DNA of 64,000 nucleotides from Polyangiales bacterium (GTDB lineage Bacteria; Myxococcota_A; Polyangia; Polyangiales; Polyangiaceae): NCBI GenBank assembly GCA_038231275.1, contig JBBRLQ010000002.1, positions 32,001 to 96,000 of the forward strand, read 5' to 3'. Shown piece by piece: positions 59,949 to 64,000 of this stretch (position 1 is its first letter; each line of letters starts with the position of its first letter). The notes under the pieces were generated by a model. It saw only the letters and a program-made list of their open reading frames with translations, ran no database searches and was not told where the DNA came from. The position numbers and the translations under genes were made by a program.

Positions 59949-60791
59949 TCATTCGGCGGCGTCGGGGGCGTCTTTGCAGCAGCGAACGCCCATCTGCGGG
60001 CCTTCGTACATCTCGCCGTGGCCGGTCGTCGCCGCGCGGCAGTTGTTCTTGCCGGGGAGCCACCACGCGCCCTTCATCGTGGAGCGATCGACGATCCTCC
60101 CCGGACCGGGCTCCGCGTGCGCCAGCGCGTCCTGCGTCGCCCACTCCTCGACGTTGCCGCTCATCCCGTGGACGCCAAACGAGCTCAGGCACCGCGGATG
60201 CTCGCTCGCCGCCGCGCGCAGATCGTTGAGCCCGCCCTGCATCTTGCCGAGGTTCGTGCGATCGATGTTGCACGCCGTCGCGTCGCGAACGAACCCATAC
60301 GGGTATGGCCGCATCTCCTCCCCTTCGCACGCGAACTGCCACTCGCTCTCGAGACAAAGGCGCCGATCCTGCCCCTCGCAGATCGCCTTCGCGCTCGTAT
60401 ACGACTGGTTCGCGATCGGCAGCGAGTCCCCCGCCTTCACGTACTCGAACCGGTCGATGCAAAACCGCTTGCTCTCACGCTTCCCAGCGCACGTGGCCGG
60501 CTCGGCATACTCGGCGCAGCGGTAGTATTGATACGGCCCCGACGCATCGACCCACCGCTTGCAGATCTGCGTCGGAGTCGGGCAGTAGCTCCCCTCGACC
60601 AAGATCATCCCTTCCGGACACGTCACAGCGACCTCCGGAGTCGGAGTCGGAGTCGGAATCAGAGTCGGAGTCGGAGTCGGAATCAGAGTCGGCGTCGGCA
60701 GCGGAACCCCATCGGGCGCCGCCGCCCGCGTCCCGCACTCCGCCATCGAAAGCACCGACAGCCCAAAACAAACCCAAAGGCGAAGGCCCAC
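59949..60791 (-). CDS. FGE-sulfatase (SUMF1-fold) domain secreted protein
   Basis: CPEGM..VEG, FCIDRFE, RLC.ESEW..AC, FGVHGMSGNVEEW, GVRCC; GTG start after AGGAAGG. Confidence 0.88.
   Translation of the reverse strand: MGLRLWVCFGLSVLSMAECGTRAAAPDGVPLPTPTLIPTPTPTLIPTPTPTPEVAVTCPEGMILVEGSYCPTPTQICKRWVDASGPYQYYRCAEYAEPATCAGKRESKRFCIDRFEYVKAGDSLPIANQSYTSAKAICEGQDRRLCLESEWQFACEGEEMRPYPYGFVRDATACNIDRTNLGKMQGGLNDLRAAASEHPRCLSSFGVHGMSGNVEEWATQDALAHAEPGPGRIVDRSTMKGAWWLPGKNNCRAATTGHGEMYEGPQMGVRCCKDAPDAAE
60636..60699 (-). repeat. Coding hexamer-based tandem repeat (PT linker)
   Basis: (cggagt)n with a 24-nt higher-order unit; encodes PTPTLIPTPTPTLIPTPTPTP. Confidence 0.85.
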
Positions 60792-60889
60792 GCTGCACCT
60801 TCCTGACCCCAGAAGTGTGCCCCCCGCCGCCCACCAGAGCCAATTTTCCGACCCCGAGCTCAGCTGGCTCTTCTCTCCTCCCGCTGGGG

Positions 60890-60977
60890 GCCTGGGGGAG
60901 TGGCGCCACTCCCCCGGGCGTCCCTCACGTCCCCCGGACTCCGCCAGGAGCGGAGCGCCGACGAGGCGCGGAGTCGA
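60890..60977. repeat. Intergenic palindrome plus second hairpin (REP-like)
   Basis: Perfect 22-bp palindrome gggggagtggcgccactccccc (60894-60915); then gactccgc...gcggagtc enclosing gcgcc/ggcgc. Confidence 0.6.
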
Positions 60978-61009
60978 CGCAGCGGTGCATTGCCCCCTGT
61001 GCCCCAAAC

Positions 61010-61050
61010 AAAAAAGAGGCGCCGTCCCGGGGGATCAGCCGGGACGGCGC
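61010..61050 (-). terminator. Intrinsic terminator
   Basis: 12-bp perfect stem gcgccgtcccgg/ccgggacggcgc followed by a U-tract on the minus strand. Confidence 0.8.
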
Positions 61051-61110
61051 GTCAGAGAAGGAAGGCGAGGCAGTGTGGTGTGGGTCGAGGAGGAGAAGAA
61101 ACGCGGATGT

Positions 61111-61839
61111 TCAGTAGGTCGCGGCGCCGGTCGAGACCGGCAGGAAGAAGTTCGTGGCGAGGAGGGTCGTGGTGGGCTGCGCGTTGTGGTTCGACACGAG
61201 GGTGACGTCGTGGCCGAGGACGAGGAGGCCTTCGGCGCCGATCTTCATCTCGTCTTCGCCCTTCGCGGCGTCGTCCTTGGTGCCGACGCCGTCGAGCGAG
61301 ACGTCCTTGATGACGAGCTCCGCGTTCTTGGTCGTGTTGACGGCGACCTGGTTGTAACGGGGGCCGCTGCAATCGGCGCCCTGGATGCACATCTCGGTCT
61401 GAATGTGGAAGCTGACGACGTAGAGCTGGTCGATGTCCTGCGCGTCCGTCGCGCCGGCGCCCATCCAGACCTTCTCGGCGACGAGCATCGCGGACTTCGC
61501 GTCGATGTGGCCCTTGACGACGACGTGGCCGGCCTTGAACGCGTCGCCGACGCTGCTCTCGATGGCCGAGCCGAGGTGGAGGCCGCCGAAGTCGACGCCG
61601 AGGACGGCGCAGACGCTCGACTTCTTGCCGTTCACGCAGGTGGTGCTCTTCGCGTTGGCGAGGCGAACACCGACGCCGCCCGTGATGCCCGGGCCCATGC
61701 CCACGAAGTAGCCGCCCGCCTTCGCGCTGAGCGCGTCGTCGGTGGAGTCGGGACCCGTGGCGCCATCGGGCGAGCCCGAGCAGCCGACGGTCAGGGCGAA
61801 GAGCGAAGCAACCGAAGCAAGAGCGAGCGAGCGGAACAT
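61111..61839 (-). CDS. Lipoprotein, DUF6748-like (tandem copy 1)
   Basis: TVGC lipobox; GG.V.LAN...T.C..G....C.V..VDF. Confidence 0.8.
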   Translation of the reverse strand: MFRSLALASVASLFALTVGCSGSPDGATGPDSTDDALSAKAGGYFVGMGPGITGGVGVRLANAKSTTCVNGKKSSVCAVLGVDFGGLHLGSAIESSVGDAFKAGHVVVKGHIDAKSAMLVAEKVWMGAGATDAQDIDQLYVVSFHIQTEMCIQGADCSGPRYNQVAVNTTKNAELVIKDVSLDGVGTKDDAAKGEDEMKIGAEGLLVLGHDVTLVSNHNAQPTTTLLATNFFLPVSTGAATY

Positions 61840-61874
61840 GATGGGCATTCCTTCTTTGGAGAGGAGTTCGTCGT

Positions 61875-61923
61875 TTCGCTCTCCTGACACCGCGTTGGTG
61901 ACCATGTCGCATAAAAACCTTCA
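61875..61923 (-). promoter_or_regulatory. Conserved bipartite upstream motif (copy 1)
   Basis: Minus strand TGCGACA-N15-TGTCAGG; 38/49 ungapped identity with 62894-62942. Confidence 0.6.
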
Positions 61924-61961
61924 CTCTTTATTTTCCTCCCACGCCGACGCCGACTCCGAAC

Positions 61962-62001
61962 AAAAGAAGAGCGCCGTCCCGATCCGAGGACCGAGACGGC
62001 G
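61962..62001 (-). terminator. Probable intrinsic terminator homologous to 61010-61050
   Basis: cgccgtc/gacggcg stem followed by a U-rich run on the minus strand. Confidence 0.6.
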
Positions 62002-62026
62002 AAAGAGGAAGAGTCGAGAAGCGAGC

Positions 62027-62851
62027 TCAGTTCTGGATGCAGACGGGGACCGCGCCGCCGTTGATGCCCTTCATCTCGCAGTGCATCCCCTGGGCGCAGT
62101 CGACCGACGCGCAGGTCAGGTTCGAGGTGCCCGGCGTGACCGGCAGGAAGAAGTTCGTCGCGAGGAGCGTGCGCGTCGTCTCCGCGTTGTGGTTCGAGAC
62201 GAGGGCGACGTCGTGGCCGAGGACGAGGAGGCCTTCGGCGCCGAGCTTCATTTCGTCCTCACCCTTGGCGACTTCGGCCTTGCTGCCGGGGCCGTCGAGG
62301 GAGACGTCGTTGATCTCGAGGACCGACTTGGCGCTCGTCTGGTTGGCGGTCGCCTGGCGGTAGTGCGCGTCGTTGCAGGGGCCGGCGACGATGCACTCGC
62401 GCTGGGCCTCGAGGTTGACGAGGAAGAGCTGGTCGAAGTCCTGCGTGGTCGCCTTCGACGCGCCCATCCAGGCCTTGTCGGCCACGAGGGTCGACGACTT
62501 CGTGTCGATCTTGCCCTTCACGACCACGTAGCCGGACTGGAAGCCCGCCGAGAGCTTGGTCTCGGTGGCGGAGTCGAGGTTCAGCTTGCCGAAGTCGACG
62601 CCGAGGACGGCGCAGACGCTCTTCTTCGAGCCGTCGGCGCAGCCGGTGGTCTTCGCGTTCGCGAGGGCGACGCTGACGCCGCCGGTGAGGCCCGGGCCCT
62701 TGCCGAGGAAGAGTCCGCCACCCTTGGTGCTGAGCGCGTCGTCGGTCGAGTCGGCGGAGTTGTTGTCGGTGGCGCCGTCGGGCGAGCCCGAGCAGCCGAC
62801 CGTGAGCGCGAAGAGTGAGGCGACCGAAGCGAGGAGCATCGAGCGAAACAT
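62027..62851 (-). CDS. Lipoprotein, DUF6748-like (tandem copy 2) with extra Cys-rich tail
   Basis: Near-identical signal and core to copy 1; tail TCASVDCAQGMHCEM..PVC. Confidence 0.8.
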   Translation of the reverse strand: MFRSMLLASVASLFALTVGCSGSPDGATDNNSADSTDDALSTKGGGLFLGKGPGLTGGVSVALANAKTTGCADGSKKSVCAVLGVDFGKLNLDSATETKLSAGFQSGYVVVKGKIDTKSSTLVADKAWMGASKATTQDFDQLFLVNLEAQRECIVAGPCNDAHYRQATANQTSAKSVLEINDVSLDGPGSKAEVAKGEDEMKLGAEGLLVLGHDVALVSNHNAETTRTLLATNFFLPVTPGTSNLTCASVDCAQGMHCEMKGINGGAVPVCIQN

Positions 62852-62893
62852 GGCGGGGAATCCTTCTTTTTGATTTTCGAGGAAGTCGGGGGG

Positions 62894-62942
62894 TTCGCTC
62901 GCCTGACACCGGAATGGATCTGATGTCGCACAAACACCTTCA
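62894..62942 (-). promoter_or_regulatory. Conserved bipartite upstream motif (copy 2)
   Basis: Same boxes and spacing as copy 1, constant offset of 1019 bp. Confidence 0.6.
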
Positions 62943-63077
62943 GTTTGCGCAAACTTATGGAACTGCTCATATTTGGTTGGCACGCTTAACCATTTGCGGG
63001 CATTGCGGCGCTTTCAGGGTTGGTCGAGCTGCGATCCTCGATTATCCCCGGGGATTCCTGCGAGGGACCCCCACCGG

Positions 63078-63950
63078 ATGCGCCGTACCCTTCCCCTCCT
63101 GTTCTTGGCCCTAGGCCTCGCCGGGCTCGTGCCTGCGTGCACCGAAGCGTCTGCGCAGACGCGCGGTACGGCCCCCGCCGACGCCGGGGTTGCGGTCACC
63201 GGTGCCCTCCTCGCGAGCACGAGCCTGGCTGGCGGTGGTGGTAGTGCGGACGCCGGCCTCGCGCGCGCCGCGGCCGGGTCCGCGGACGCCTGCCCGCAGG
63301 GCATGGTCCTGGTCGAAGGCGAGTACTGCCCGAATGTCGAGCAGACGTGCCTGCGCTACCGCGATCCGCCCGTTGGCCCCTACGCGTACTTCCGTTGCGA
63401 CGAGTACCAGAAGCCCGCGAAGTGCGCCGGCAAGCGCGTGCACAAGCGCTTCTGCATCGACGCGGTCGAGCACCTCGAGCCGGGCACCGATCTGCCGATG
63501 AACGGCAAATCGTGGACGGACGCCACGCGTGTGTGCGAGTCCGAGGGCGCGCGCCTCTGCATGACGAGCGAGTGGCAGTTCGCGTGCGAGGGCGAAGAGA
63601 TGCGGCCGTACCCCTACGGCTGGGACCGTGACTCGACGGCGTGCAACGTCGACATCGAGCGCGGGCTCGGGCGCGTTGGGAAGCTCGTCGATCACCGCAC
63701 CCCCGCGAGCGCGCACCCCAAGTGCGTGAGCCCGTTCGGCGTCCACGACATGAGCGGCAACGTCGACGAGTGGGCGACAGTCGACGGCGCGCCGCGCGGC
63801 GTTCGCGAGGTCATGAAGGGCTCGTGGTGGATGCCTGGGCGTCACGCGTGCCGGCAGTTCCAGGGCGGCCACGGTGCGGGCTACGGCGGCACCGAGAGCG
63901 GCGTCCGCTGCTGCAAGGACGCGCCGGCGAACCACCTCGCGACGCGCTGA
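63078..63950 (+). CDS. FGE-sulfatase (SUMF1-fold) domain lipoprotein, paralogue of 59949-60791
   Basis: VPAC lipobox; SEWQFACEGEEMRPYPYG identical to the paralogue; MSGNVDEW; GVRCC. Confidence 0.88.
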   Translation: MRRTLPLLFLALGLAGLVPACTEASAQTRGTAPADAGVAVTGALLASTSLAGGGGSADAGLARAAAGSADACPQGMVLVEGEYCPNVEQTCLRYRDPPVGPYAYFRCDEYQKPAKCAGKRVHKRFCIDAVEHLEPGTDLPMNGKSWTDATRVCESEGARLCMTSEWQFACEGEEMRPYPYGWDRDSTACNVDIERGLGRVGKLVDHRTPASAHPKCVSPFGVHDMSGNVDEWATVDGAPRGVREVMKGSWWMPGRHACRQFQGGHGAGYGGTESGVRCCKDAPANHLATR

Positions 63951-64000
63951 TCGCGACCCGTCGCGACGCCTCTTACTGCTCGAAGCCGAGGAGGACGAGG

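Noticed and set aside
62977-62998. TTGGCACG as a sigma54 -24 box
   Set aside because: No GC at the required 10-nt spacing (CA instead).
59949-63950. Diversity-generating retroelement targeting the FGE genes
   Set aside because: No reverse transcriptase or template repeat with adenine-specific differences in the window.

Overview
Very GC-rich, densely coding chromosomal window. The gene content points to a myxobacterium, probably Polyangiales-like (inference): TIGR04551-type barrel, GltJ/AgmX-like protein, MYXO-CTERM-like tails, Ser/Thr kinase-PEGA pairs and many lipoproteins. About 50 CDS. Housekeeping genes are polA, ihfA, queA-tgt, dprA-topA, greB, glgX-malQ, a deoxynucleoside kinase and an RpoD-like sigma factor, mixed with secreted and lipoprotein genes. 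No rRNA, tRNA, CRISPR array, transposase, integrase or prophage was recognised. Best leads: (1) a 33-bp element (29/33 identical) directly upstream of both a VIT1/CCC1 metal transporter and a lipoprotein-type truncated haemoglobin 48 kb away; (2) a sigma54 promoter with phased enhancer palindromes between an NtrC-type gene and a receiver-queA-tgt-MshEN run; (3) an outer-membrane barrel followed by a CX5CH cytochrome-c-like lipoprotein; (4) a frameshift in a (CG)5 run separating a beta-propeller from its lipoprotein signal; (5) a tandem gene duplication that preserves a bipartite upstream motif and terminators; (6) a possible HEPN/Toprim-N fusion protein; (7) a likely CTG-initiated gene. All family calls come from recognising motifs by eye, not from database searches, and none of these leads is proven to be a new system.
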